Shown: positions 6,379 to 15,582 of the stretch, piece by piece
Layout of the letters: each line of letters starts with the position of its first letter
Numbering within the stretch: the first letter of the stretch is position 1
IMG/VR virus record: IMGVR_UViG_3300045988_022742
Coordinates: 1 to 37,380 of that record
Length of the DNA stretch: 37,380 nt
From: a virus
Reading direction: 5' to 3' (one strand)
Notes under the pieces: generated by a model
Databases searched by the model: none
Seen by the model: only the letters and a program-made list of their open reading frames with translations
Told to the model about the DNA's origin: nothing
Translations under genes and position numbers: made by a program

Positions 6379-7392
6379 TTACATGATTTTTAAATTATCA
6401 ACCTCTAATTCTAAGGTTCTATATCCACTTTTAATGACTTCAAATATATTTCTAATTCTCGCAGTCATTACTAGTCCAATATCTGCTACTATAACATCAA
6501 CTTTATCACCTAAATCAAAATCAACTTTGTATTCGTATGAATCAGTATTCAATCCGAAATTCACATTTTCTTGAATTTGACAATCTGCTAGTTTTTCAAT
6601 TCCTTTCTGAATAAGTACCTTTTTATATTCATCAAGTGTCACATCATCCCCCATACGCTCAGAACGTGCGTCTACGAACAACTTTTTGATTCGTTCATTC
6701 TTATCTATTCTAGCGTCATATTCAACGTATATACGCTCTTCTGATTGTCCTTCGCCACAAATGATTGCATAGTTCTTGTATTTACTTGAGTCAATCATAA
6801 CGTCCGGTTCTTCAATGTTTCCAAACTCTGTAGAGAATGTGACAAAGTTGTTTCCATCTGCGTTGTTCTGAGTTAAGTCACGACCACGATATAACACGAA
6901 TGTGAACGTACTCGATACATAGTCATATTCTATACGGAACGACAATTCTAACGGATATAACAACTCATAAAGCTTCTCGTCAAGGTTTGCTCCTGTTTCT
7001 TGAAAATCTACTCTATCGGTAATGGATTCATCATATCTATATCCCATTTTCCATGAGCAATACTTGTCTAATAGCTTTTTTACTACATCAACAATTTTTC
7101 CACTGCTTGAGAACGTAGGATAAATACAATCATCTGCTAGAATCTTTTCAAAGAAAGAGCCTTTTAGCAACATTTGTTTCGTGTTGTTTGAAACGGAATA
7201 ATGCGGTATTTCTACGATTCCTAGCTCTTTATCATCAGTCGAATAAATATATTTGATATTACTTGAATACTGCCCTATATCAATATAAATCTCGAAATCT
7301 CCTGTTTCATAATATCGCCGATTCCACTGCACGTTATAAGGTGCTAGATGTGTAACAATATTGAAATCTTTATCTAATCCAAAATAAGACAT
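6379..7392 (-). CDS. Tail tip/minor structural protein (ReqiPepy6 Gp37-like, Tal-position gene)
   Basis: Position after Dit. The N-terminal pattern FGLDKDF...WNRRYYETGDFEIY is typical of this family, from memory. Confidence 0.6.
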   Translation of the reverse strand: MSYFGLDKDFNIVTHLAPYNVQWNRRYYETGDFEIYIDIGQYSSNIKYIYSTDDKELGIVEIPHYSVSNNTKQMLLKGSFFEKILADDCIYPTFSSSGKIVDVVKKLLDKYCSWKMGYRYDESITDRVDFQETGANLDEKLYELLYPLELSFRIEYDYVSSTFTFVLYRGRDLTQNNADGNNFVTFSTEFGNIEEPDVMIDSSKYKNYAIICGEGQSEERIYVEYDARIDKNERIKKLFVDARSERMGDDVTLDEYKKVLIQKGIEKLADCQIQENVNFGLNTDSYEYKVDFDLGDKVDVIVADIGLVMTARIRNIFEVIKSGYRTLELEVDNLKIM

Positions 7393-7393
7393 A

Positions 7394-8266
7394 CTATAAA
7401 CCTAAATACCTTTCATTGTAGTAAACTGTGCAAGCTAGATTTGTATCTCCATTGTCTGCCGTATATCCTATGATATTCTCACCTAACTGAATCGTCATAT
7501 CGTTGAATGATGATGTTCTGTCAACTTTACCGATACAATTCACACCGTTCTTTTTGATTGATATAGGTTCAGAAACTAAATCAATTTCTAATACATCGCC
7601 ATTGTGTAGCGTATCTAATACACGAATATATTTATCCTTGTTAAATAGTTTCGGATTCGTTACCTCTCCAAACGCTTCAATAACGGCTCTGCAATATGTT
7701 TCTGTATCACCTTGATTGTCAATATAGATTTCTCTAGCGAATGTAAATGTTCCAAAGTTTACACCTGTCTCCGGTATTTCAAAGTTGAACGCTAAACCTT
7801 CACCAATTTCTGCGATATTCCTTGCAAAATCATCAAATGAAAGCAATAAAGGTTGTGTGCATAGAATCGTAAAGTTAAGCTCTAAATCTTTGTAGATGTT
7901 AACTGTAGGCAAGCTATACGCATATAAATGACCTCTACAATATTTCTTTTCTCCCATGTACTCAACTATCACATCAAATAAATGAGAATATTGGAAGAAG
8001 CGCCGTAGCTTCTCCCTTTCTTCTCTTTTTTCTTCTAGCGAACCTTTGAAGGTAGCTTTCACGCTTCTTTCTTTCGTTGGAATACGTGAACCGATTAATC
8101 TAGCACCATTTCCAAATGCATTGTCTTGAGTTGTGTATGAAGGTGCTACATAATCAAATCCATCTAAACCACTACTTGAAGGAATCCTCCATCTTTTTTG
8201 GTTGTCAATTTCAAATTCTTTACCATCATCCCTACGGACGATAACTCTTACCTTATTGATATCTAT
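7394..8266 (-). CDS. Distal tail protein Dit (phage tail family), 290 aa from ATA at 8266
   Basis: A 68-codon in-frame extension upstream of the track's GTG (8062) has no canonical start. ATA lies 7 nt after GGAGGTG and overlaps the TMP stop codon (AATAG). Confidence 0.75.
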   Translation of the reverse strand: MDINKVRVIVRRDDGKEFEIDNQKRWRIPSSSGLDGFDYVAPSYTTQDNAFGNGARLIGSRIPTKERSVKATFKGSLEEKREEREKLRRFFQYSHLFDVIVEYMGEKKYCRGHLYAYSLPTVNIYKDLELNFTILCTQPLLLSFDDFARNIAEIGEGLAFNFEIPETGVNFGTFTFAREIYIDNQGDTETYCRAVIEAFGEVTNPKLFNKDKYIRVLDTLHNGDVLEIDLVSEPISIKKNGVNCIGKVDRTSSFNDMTIQLGENIIGYTADNGDTNLACTVYYNERYLGL

Positions 8267-10842
8267 TGGACTACACCTCCATATCCATATCTTGCTTGCA
8301 TACGTAACATTCTAGCGATTTCATCCGGACTTTGTGCTTTATTGTAGAAGTTGATAGTCTGTCCATTGTTATTTGTCGTTACGCTTGGCATGATTTGAGC
8401 CATATCTTTAGCTACGGCACGAATCCACGCTTTATTTCTTTCTAAAGGTACAACGGCTTCTGCTCCATTACCTTCTAGTAAACCAATTTGCCCACGCTTC
8501 AATACACCACCACGCTCTAGTCTTGGAATCCTTCCAATGTGTACACCGGGAATCTTATTGATGATACCGATTGCACCGTTAATACCACCGATAACACCAT
8601 TTACCATTCCTTTTACACTTCCAACTAATGAACTAACTGCTCCTTCAATTCCGCCAAATACACCACTTACAAATCCTTTTAAACCGCTCCATGCATTTTG
8701 TATGCCTTGTAGAACATTTGAAATTTTATTCCCTACATTATCCATTACACCTTGAACTTTAGACCAAATGCCATTAAATACATCAGAAACCGTAGATTTG
8801 ATATTATTGAAATATTTATTGATATTATCAACAACACCTTTCACTTTGTCTCCAACTCTATTCATTGTATCTTGAATCTTACTCCAAATATTGTTTATGA
8901 TGTCCGAAACCGTCTTAAATAAATTGCTTACGAATCCAATAATAGCAGTAACTACTTCGCTAACCTTGCTCCAAATATTTTGAGCAACCGTTAATATTAC
9001 AGACCAAATATTCGCTACAATTGTAGCTACAATTTGAACAATAGGCATGATAAATCCTAGTATTGTCGCAATCGCAGTCCCAACATACGTTACAACCATA
9101 TTTATAAATGAAATGATTCCACTTACTACACTTCCAACAACTTGAAGGATAGATGTTATTACAGGAATCATGCTAACTACCGTTTGAATAATCATCTTAA
9201 TAATTGCTAGAATCGGTGGACCTACTACACTAAGAATCTTTTGAGCTTGGTTAACAACATTTTGAATTGCACTGCCAATCTTGCCTATAATTTCTTTTGC
9301 GATAGGTTCAAGTGCAACTTTCATTTCGTCAATCGCTTTTCTAACTTCATCAAAAGCAGGAGCTAACACCTCTGAAACTTGACTTGTCAATTCTGTAATT
9401 CCACTTGTATCAATCTTGCTTAATACATTTGAAATTACATCACCAACTTTAGCAAATCCTTGTTGAATACCTTGTATAGCTACTGTAATCAATCCAATGA
9501 TACCTGCAAGAATAGGAGTAATAAGTTCGCCTATTGGAGTAAATGAATCAAGAAATGTACGCCCTAAGCCACTTAAAGCGTTCTTTAAGCCACCATTTGC
9601 AATTTCTTTAACTTTATCCATTGCTCCTTCTACATCTTTATATTTATTCCCTACTGTCGTTAAGGACTGAATGAATCCGGCGTTGAAATCTTCTCCCATT
9701 GTACCGAAAGCCGTTGCCGATTTATTCAACTTTTCTTGTTCATTTGTAGTCTTTGAAATATCTTCTACAATCGCATTTACAACATCTTTCTGAGTTGCTC
9801 TTCCTTCTTGCCAAGCTTTAAAAACATCTTGCGTCTTGGTATCAAAACTATCTAAAGCTCCTTCAATAGTTCCATCAACTAACCTTGTGGTAACTTCGTT
9901 GATTGCGTCATTTACTTTATCAAGGTTATAAGCTCCACCATCTAATCCATTCTGCATTAATTGGAAGTATTCTTCTGCCGAATATCCTGCTTGCTTGAAT
10001 TTACCGGAGTATTCTGAAATGTTGTCGCCTAACTCATCTGATTTGTTTAAACCATTCTGAGCACCTGTAGCCATAAGGTCAAAAGCTTCTTTAGAACTAA
10101 TTCCGAACTGCTTCATTAATTGTTGAGCACCTCTTAATGTTTCGTTCTCGTCCATTCCGAATGTGTCTCTTAATGTCAATAAATCCTCAGTAACATCCTT
10201 TAAATCAACATCACTTATGCCTTGCATTTGTTGCTTGACACGTGCCATCATATCGGCAACATCTGAAACATCTTCACCGAAATTGTTTGACCAAACATCA
10301 CGAGCAATGTTTTTAAATTTGCTCATTTCATTGCTTGAAGCACCTGTTTGAGCTTGAAATTTAGCCATAGCGTCATCTAATTCAGTAGCTTGATTTACAC
10401 CTGTCTTAATTGCTAATGCCATTCCACCGATAGCTCCTGCTACGGCAGTAACACCAACAACACCTCCTACGCCTAATCCTGTTAAGGTTTCAGTGATTGT
10501 AGTTGCTTCCGGACTAATATTCTGAATCTTTCCTAATAGTCCATCAAATCCACCTTGAATTGACTCTAAGGCACTGTTACCCACTTGCTTAAATACATCA
10601 AATTTAGAACCTGTTTCTTGCGTTTCTGTCTGTGTATTCTTTTGCTCTTCGTTTAAATCTTTAAGTTTATCTTTGATTTTTGGTGGTGCTTTTGAACCAT
10701 CAGAACCTAGCTTGTCGATTGCTTTTGAAGTTTCTTTGATAGCATTTGTAGTTCCACTTGTGACTTCATGAACGGATTTCATTCCATTCTCTAGACCACT
10801 TGTATCAATCTTTGTATCAAACTTTAATGTTCCGTCTGATAT
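8263..10842 (-). CDS. Tape measure protein (859 aa from ATA at 10842; 839 aa if the ATG at 10782 is used)
   Basis: Size, position, TM-rich centre and IWSK repeat motifs. ATA directly follows an in-frame TGA and lies 8 nt after GGAGGTGG. The ATG at 10782 lacks an SD. Confidence 0.8.
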   Translation of the reverse strand: MSDGTLKFDTKIDTSGLENGMKSVHEVTSGTTNAIKETSKAIDKLGSDGSKAPPKIKDKLKDLNEEQKNTQTETQETGSKFDVFKQVGNSALESIQGGFDGLLGKIQNISPEATTITETLTGLGVGGVVGVTAVAGAIGGMALAIKTGVNQATELDDAMAKFQAQTGASSNEMSKFKNIARDVWSNNFGEDVSDVADMMARVKQQMQGISDVDLKDVTEDLLTLRDTFGMDENETLRGAQQLMKQFGISSKEAFDLMATGAQNGLNKSDELGDNISEYSGKFKQAGYSAEEYFQLMQNGLDGGAYNLDKVNDAINEVTTRLVDGTIEGALDSFDTKTQDVFKAWQEGRATQKDVVNAIVEDISKTTNEQEKLNKSATAFGTMGEDFNAGFIQSLTTVGNKYKDVEGAMDKVKEIANGGLKNALSGLGRTFLDSFTPIGELITPILAGIIGLITVAIQGIQQGFAKVGDVISNVLSKIDTSGITELTSQVSEVLAPAFDEVRKAIDEMKVALEPIAKEIIGKIGSAIQNVVNQAQKILSVVGPPILAIIKMIIQTVVSMIPVITSILQVVGSVVSGIISFINMVVTYVGTAIATILGFIMPIVQIVATIVANIWSVILTVAQNIWSKVSEVVTAIIGFVSNLFKTVSDIINNIWSKIQDTMNRVGDKVKGVVDNINKYFNNIKSTVSDVFNGIWSKVQGVMDNVGNKISNVLQGIQNAWSGLKGFVSGVFGGIEGAVSSLVGSVKGMVNGVIGGINGAIGIINKIPGVHIGRIPRLERGGVLKRGQIGLLEGNGAEAVVPLERNKAWIRAVAKDMAQIMPSVTTNNNGQTINFYNKAQSPDEIARMLRMQARYGYGGVVQ

Positions 10843-10862
10843 TCAATTTGCCACCTCCTTTT

Positions 10863-11426
10863 CTAAACATCAAAATATGAATCAAATTCATCTTTCATTT
10901 CTTGCTCCTCTATTGTTAATTCGATTGGGAAAGACCATGCTTCTTTTGCTCTTTGATATGCTTTATCTTGTGTATCATTCTTTGAAGGTTTTTCATATCC
11001 TCTAACACTCTTTGCATATCCCCACAATGTAGAATCACCAACGATATTATTTGCTAAGGCTAGAAACTTGTGCCAATGCATATCACATTCGGTTAAATCA
11101 ATGCCGTAAAGTTGCATAAAAGCTGAATAAATATATTCCCCATCTTGCACATAATCCAATGTTTTAACGCCTGTAGAATCACTTCTAGGTGTACTAGAAG
11201 GGTTATATAAGAAGCGTTCTAGCTCTTTTAAAATATGCCCGTCTATGATAGGTGGTTCATCTACGAATAAATAAGAACAATCTACTTCATCAATAACATG
11301 ATTATTAAATCTTTCTAATTCTTCATAGAATCTTATCCACAAGCGAAAATCTGTATTTAATAAAATAGGCTCGCCATCTAGCGACTGAATGCTATTTGGC
11401 AAGCCTTTTATGCGTAAATCAATCAT
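10863..11426 (-). CDS. Tail assembly chaperone (Phage_Gp15-like)
   Basis: Position immediately upstream of the TMP. ATGA overlap with the preceding gene. Confidence 0.6.
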   Translation of the reverse strand: MIDLRIKGLPNSIQSLDGEPILLNTDFRLWIRFYEELERFNNHVIDEVDCSYLFVDEPPIIDGHILKELERFLYNPSSTPRSDSTGVKTLDYVQDGEYIYSAFMQLYGIDLTECDMHWHKFLALANNIVGDSTLWGYAKSVRGYEKPSKNDTQDKAYQRAKEAWSFPIELTIEEQEMKDEFDSYFDV

Positions 11427-11785
11427 TTCTTCGCCGAAATGCTAGAAACAGTTTTGCTTGCGTCAAGAAATTGCTTCATTCCATTTGTTCCGAATGTTGT
11501 TTTTAATTTCTTTTCTAACTGTTCAACCGTTTTCTTTGAATATTCATCATCAATCAAATTGACAATATACAATACTTCCATCAAATCAACTTGTTCAAAG
11601 TCTGCACTTCCTAACATGCTTTCAATTTGTTCATCTGTTAATACTGTTTTCAAATAGTCGAATTTAGCTCGATATGCTTCTTCATGCGTAGCGTGAAATG
11701 CGTTACAAGCGTCCTCTGCTTTTAATACTTCAATTGTTTTAGGTGGGATTTCATACTGTTTCCCTTCATACGTGATTCTATTCAT
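11423..11785 (-). CDS. Tail assembly chaperone (Gp14/gpG-position)
   Basis: Position between the major tail gene and the Gp15-like gene. SD is AGAGGTAAATC. Confidence 0.55.
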   Translation of the reverse strand: MNRITYEGKQYEIPPKTIEVLKAEDACNAFHATHEEAYRAKFDYLKTVLTDEQIESMLGSADFEQVDLMEVLYIVNLIDDEYSKKTVEQLEKKLKTTFGTNGMKQFLDASKTVSSISAKK

Positions 11786-11803
11786 GATTTACCTCTTCTT
11801 TCT

Positions 11804-12310
11804 TTATACTTCTGATGTACCTTCTGTGAAGGTTACTGTTCCATCTGCTACCTTTGCAACGCCGACACGAATGTCGCTTGCAAAGTTAATATTGAAGTTG
11901 ATTTTTGAATCGACACCGCTTAATGTATCGAAAATCAATTTAGCGTCAACTTCCCACGCTTTATAGCCTTTAGTTTTGTCTCCGTCAAACATAAATACAA
12001 GTAAAGCTTTTGTATTTACTTCTTCGTTGTTTGGTACGGATTTCATCATTTGTTCGTAAATGTATTCAAAATCATCTTCGCCTTTAATCATTGTTAAATC
12101 TTGCGAAATCTGAGGTGAATAACTCTTTAATGATTCTGTTGGGTTCTTATCTGCGATAAAGTCATACGTTTCAGTTTCACTGTTAAACGAAATATCTAAA
12201 GTTGTAGACTTTTTAATTCGCTTGTAACCTGTTCCCATTTCTAAGAACAATCCAATCATATACTTCTTGACTGTCTGTCCTGTATTTACTTCAGTTCCTT
12301 GAGTTGCTAT
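11804..12310 (-). CDS. Major tail protein (168 aa from ATA at 12310)
   Basis: Position and size. ATA lies 8 nt after AAGGAG and overlaps the upstream TAA (TAATA). The ATG at 12259 has only a weak AAGAAG. Confidence 0.65.
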   Translation of the reverse strand: MATQGTEVNTGQTVKKYMIGLFLEMGTGYKRIKKSTTLDISFNSETETYDFIADKNPTESLKSYSPQISQDLTMIKGEDDFEYIYEQMMKSVPNNEEVNTKALLVFMFDGDKTKGYKAWEVDAKLIFDTLSGVDSKINFNINFASDIRVGVAKVADGTVTFTEGTSEV

Positions 12311-12729
12311 TAATTAAGCTCCTTTCTGTATTTAATTTGAATAGTCAACGCATATACTGCTTGATTATCCTCATTTGTATATAGATATAAACCACTTGAA
12401 ACGGAAACATCCTCGCAATATCTGTTTCCGTCTAGTTGTGGCAATTCTCCGTTTAAATTCTTTTCATCAATCCAATTTTCTAATTCTTCTAGAAAAACAT
12501 TGTTATCTTGTCTTTCTGATTCAATTTGTGTATTCCTACGTGCTAGAAACGTGTAGTATTCTGTACGCATTTGAGAGCCATCAATGTATGTATCTACAAT
12601 TGCATTAGGTTCTTTATACAATGCATAAGAGATAGCTTGTTGTGCTAAAACATCCGTTTCAATACGTTCATCTATCTGTATATTTCCATATCCATATAGC
12701 CATTGAATCAACGCTTTTGATACTGTCAT
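12310..12729 (-). CDS. Tail completion/terminator-position protein
   Basis: ORF track. SD is TAGGAGGTAGTGA. Assigned by synteny. Confidence 0.55.
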   Translation of the reverse strand: MTVSKALIQWLYGYGNIQIDERIETDVLAQQAISYALYKEPNAIVDTYIDGSQMRTEYYTFLARRNTQIESERQDNNVFLEELENWIDEKNLNGELPQLDGNRYCEDVSVSSGLYLYTNEDNQAVYALTIQIKYRKELN

Positions 12730-13082
12730 TCACTACCTCCTATCATTTGTTGTGCTTTCTTTAAGATTGCTTCTGTTCCACCATTTCGCATAGCTTTTTT
12801 AAACCAATGGTCTGTTTTACCACCAACGAAATGAGCACCCTCTTTGTTGTAATACCAACGTCTAGCATAAGGTGCACTTGGTCCACCTTGCTTTACTAAT
12901 CCACTACCGATTTGTGTTAATCGTGTAGCCGAGTTAATCAATGCTCCTGTATCTCTAGGCGTATAGGGGGACATAAGCCTAATGACTTCAGAATCAATCA
13001 TCTGTTGAACTCGTCCACGTTCTTCAAGTCCTCTTGATTGTTTGATTTTGGGGATTGATTCAACATCAAGTTTGACTTTCAT
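12726..13082 (-). CDS. HK97 gp10-family head-tail protein (start ATG 13082, or ATA 13088)
   Basis: The motif SPYTPRDTGALINS is typical of the gp10 family. The long track N-terminus overlaps the previous gene. Confidence 0.6.
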   Translation of the reverse strand: MKVKLDVESIPKIKQSRGLEERGRVQQMIDSEVIRLMSPYTPRDTGALINSATRLTQIGSGLVKQGGPSAPYARRWYYNKEGAHFVGGKTDHWFKKAMRNGGTEAILKKAQQMIGGSE

Positions 13083-13084
13083 TC

Positions 13085-13504
13085 CTATTGACCAACAACC
13101 TCCCAATGCTTCAACATATCGACATTCGTACAATCTGTTACGCTTTGAACGGTTGTCCATTTGTATTTCTTTTTTGCTTCGTTGATTGATTTAATACTAG
13201 ATAAGTCTTCTTTTACTTCTCCAAAGAATACAAAATCTGTCTTATCTGTATTTAATGTGAAGTGCTTTTGTTTCTCATCATTTGAAAGCTTTGCATATAC
13301 GTAAGGTTCAACATATCCCTCACGATATAGAATGGTAATATTTGTGGATGTGGCTATGCTCAGAATATTACCATTTGCAGTTCTAACAGTTGATTGTCTC
13401 CACATACATTTATCAAGTATAGAAGCTTGAAATCTATCTTCTCTTGTTAATGTGTCATAGTAGTGATTTACAAGTGTAATTGAATCCTCAAAGAATCCTG
13501 TCAT
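13085..13504 (-). CDS. Head closure/head-tail adaptor-position protein
   Basis: The ATG at 13504 overlaps the upstream TGA (ATGA). Confidence 0.55.
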   Translation of the reverse strand: MTGFFEDSITLVNHYYDTLTREDRFQASILDKCMWRQSTVRTANGNILSIATSTNITILYREGYVEPYVYAKLSNDEKQKHFTLNTDKTDFVFFGEVKEDLSSIKSINEAKKKYKWTTVQSVTDCTNVDMLKHWEVVGQ

Positions 13505-13848
13505 AATGCAATCCATCTTTCTTTCATTAAATCTGTATCTCCTAACCAAAAGGCTATGATATCCTCAAGCATGTTCCTTTTATCCGAGTGTGTAGTGTTT
13601 ATAAAGCTTTTGGAATATCCACCATTTGAGATACTTGATACGCCATCAATCGAATCTTGAAAGATTACATTGTTTAAGACATCACAGATACAATCTTTTA
13701 AAGTGCTTTCGTTCTGTTCGTTAATAGAATCAACATTCACATACTTCAATACCATTGCTTCCGCTTTGTAAGAATACTGATTGAATTGACTTTCATCAAA
13801 TTTAGGAAAATGGGAATTGTAATATTCCCAATCTAAAATATTGTTCAT
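13501..13848 (-). CDS. Head-tail connector (gp6-like position)
   Basis: ORF track. SD is AAGGGGGTTG. Confidence 0.55.
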   Translation of the reverse strand: MNNILDWEYYNSHFPKFDESQFNQYSYKAEAMVLKYVNVDSINEQNESTLKDCICDVLNNVIFQDSIDGVSSISNGGYSKSFINTTHSDKRNMLEDIIAFWLGDTDLMKERWIAL

Positions 13849-13867
13849 TTTACAACCCCCTTTAACG

Positions 13868-14017
13868 CTACTTTTTCTTTTTTTGTTGAGGTTTAGCTTC
13901 CTCTTTTTCTTCTGTAGGTTCTTCTTTTACTTCTTCATCAACTGTAGGTTCTTCACCTTTTGGTTGTTCAACCTCTTTAGTGATAGAAGGATAACCCCAT
14001 CCGATTTCCACTGCCAT
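13868..14017 (-). CDS. Small acidic 49-aa protein with a Lys tail (MAVEIGWGYPSITKE...QQKKKK)
   Basis: Hand-translated. TAATG overlap with the capsid stop codon. Confidence 0.45.
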   Translation of the reverse strand: MAVEIGWGYPSITKEVEQPKGEEPTVDEEVKEEPTEEKEEAKPQQKKKK

Positions 14018-14886
14018 TACTTCGCACTAGCAGATAAGTAAATTCCTGCTACCTTATTTTCGTATACATCTACGATTCCATATTTACGATATTTCAATAC
14101 ATCTGAATCTGATTCGATGTTATTGCTTGCAGGAATCACATTTGAAACAGTGTGTTTATCCCATTTCATTACGGCAGGTTTGTGAACAATTAAGAAGTTG
14201 ATTGCGTGTCCATCCTCTGCCTTTTCGTATCCGCCCTCTAACTCTGTATCTTTTCCACTCAACAATTTAATTTTTGTATAGAATCGTGTTGAAGGTACAG
14301 GAACAATTTTTGCAAATCCTTGTAAAGCTTCACGTGATTTGTATGTATCTAATGCTTTAACGCTATTTAATAATGTTGGTGTTGAATATAAGATACGTTG
14401 TTCGCTAGGAACTTCATCCTCATCCATTTTAGTAACGGCTTTTAATAATGCACTCAAGAACTCTTCTGCCCCTGTATAATCTTCTGCAACTGTTGTGATT
14501 CCTGTTGTGCCGGAAATCTTAGCGAATGTGTAAGCGTCTGCTTCCGGTGCTACCTTTGTACGCATAAGTTCCGCTCCTGCCATACCGAACGCAATGTTCA
14601 TTGATTCTGCGTTATCTTGTGTATCAACTGAGATTTTAGTTCCTCGGTCATAGTCGAATGTAGCAGTTTTCCATTCTAACTTAACTGAGTTACCTGTATA
14701 ACCACTGTTTCTATCGTAGTTTCCTAAACCTTTAACAGAAATTTGTGGATAGATGATTTCTTTTGCATTTGCTCCTGCTCGTACCATTGTAGCGTCTGCA
14801 TTTAAATCACCTGTAACTGAAGCTAACTTATATACCTCATCCAAATTTGAGACATACGTTTTAGCTAATGCAATTTCATTTGGTAT
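14017..14886 (-). CDS. Major capsid protein (289 aa from ATA at 14886)
   Basis: Position after the GP20 scaffold. ATA lies 8 nt after AAGGAGGA. The track's TTG (14844) has no SD, and the frame opens only two codons above the ATA. Confidence 0.8.
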   Translation of the reverse strand: MPNEIALAKTYVSNLDEVYKLASVTGDLNADATMVRAGANAKEIIYPQISVKGLGNYDRNSGYTGNSVKLEWKTATFDYDRGTKISVDTQDNAESMNIAFGMAGAELMRTKVAPEADAYTFAKISGTTGITTVAEDYTGAEEFLSALLKAVTKMDEDEVPSEQRILYSTPTLLNSVKALDTYKSREALQGFAKIVPVPSTRFYTKIKLLSGKDTELEGGYEKAEDGHAINFLIVHKPAVMKWDKHTVSNVIPASNNIESDSDVLKYRKYGIVDVYENKVAGIYLSASAK

Positions 14887-14900
14887 TAATTAAATCCTCC

Positions 14901-15485
14901 TTATTTCTTTTCTGTAGTTAAGCCCATTGCCTGTCGTAGCAATAAATCTTCGGCGTTTGGGTTCTCCCCTTGACCACTGCTTCCAACGATATTTCCTGTT
15001 GCAGTAGGTCCTTTCTGTTCTTCTCCAAATAAGATTGGCTTATTCTCTTTCAAAGTTTTGAAAGCTTTGTCAATATCATTTGTTTGGTCTTTTGAATTTA
15101 GTAAATCATCATAGTTGAATTGTGATTTTGCTAAATCGAAATCTTTACATCCGTATTCTTTAGCTTTTGCACTTAATACAGAATCAAGATTCATTTTGCT
15201 AATCTGAGTTTCGTATGTAGTTTTTTGAGTATCAATATCATTCGTCAATGTATTGATTTTATTTCTCAATTCTTCTACATCAACTCCATCATAGCTTTTC
15301 TTGAAATTATCAAACTTTGTTTGAATTTCCTTTGCGTTGTTCTCTGCTAAAGATAGCTTTTCTTTTTGCTTGTCGAACTCTGCAATCGTCTTATAGTTGT
15401 CATTTACTAGCTTTGTAATTGAGTCCTCTTGCTCTTTGGTTAATTCAATGTTTGATTCTTTTAAAATTTCAATAATGTTTTTCAT
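14901..15485 (-). CDS. Scaffolding protein (Phage_GP20-like)
   Basis: Coiled-coil, acidic protein located before the capsid gene. SD is TAGGAGGGCAAA. Confidence 0.7.
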   Translation of the reverse strand: MKNIIEILKESNIELTKEQEDSITKLVNDNYKTIAEFDKQKEKLSLAENNAKEIQTKFDNFKKSYDGVDVEELRNKINTLTNDIDTQKTTYETQISKMNLDSVLSAKAKEYGCKDFDLAKSQFNYDDLLNSKDQTNDIDKAFKTLKENKPILFGEEQKGPTATGNIVGSSGQGENPNAEDLLLRQAMGLTTEKK

Positions 15486-15582
15486 TTTGCCCTCCTAAAG
15501 TCTTTTATAAACCGAATCTTCTCCGGTATGGTTTTGGCTAACTATATTTTAGCTTGAATAATAGCTCACAATGTGAGCGTTT

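Noticed and set aside
10863-11785. Programmed -1 frameshift joining the two tail chaperone ORFs (gpG/gpGT-like)
   Set aside because: No slippery heptamer is visible at the junction, and the second ORF has its own ATG in an ATGA overlap. A frameshift cannot be supported from the sequence alone.
12726-13549. Long overlapping N-terminal extensions of 12726-13160 and 13085-13549 in the track
   Set aside because: The extensions overlap the upstream genes by 45-76 nt. Internal ATGs at coupling junctions (13082, 13504) give the usual compact arrangement.
14842-14844. Canonical starts chosen by the ORF track for capsid (TTG 14844), portal (TTG 20266), Dit (GTG 8062), fibre (GTG 18860), RBP (GTG 18199), holin (GTG 6375), Rep (TTG 31575) and endolysin (ATG 3156)
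   Set aside because: None has a usable SD; several lie inside or abut the SD. Each would truncate a conserved N-terminal region or leave 40-200 nt of open, untranslated frame in an otherwise gap-free genome.
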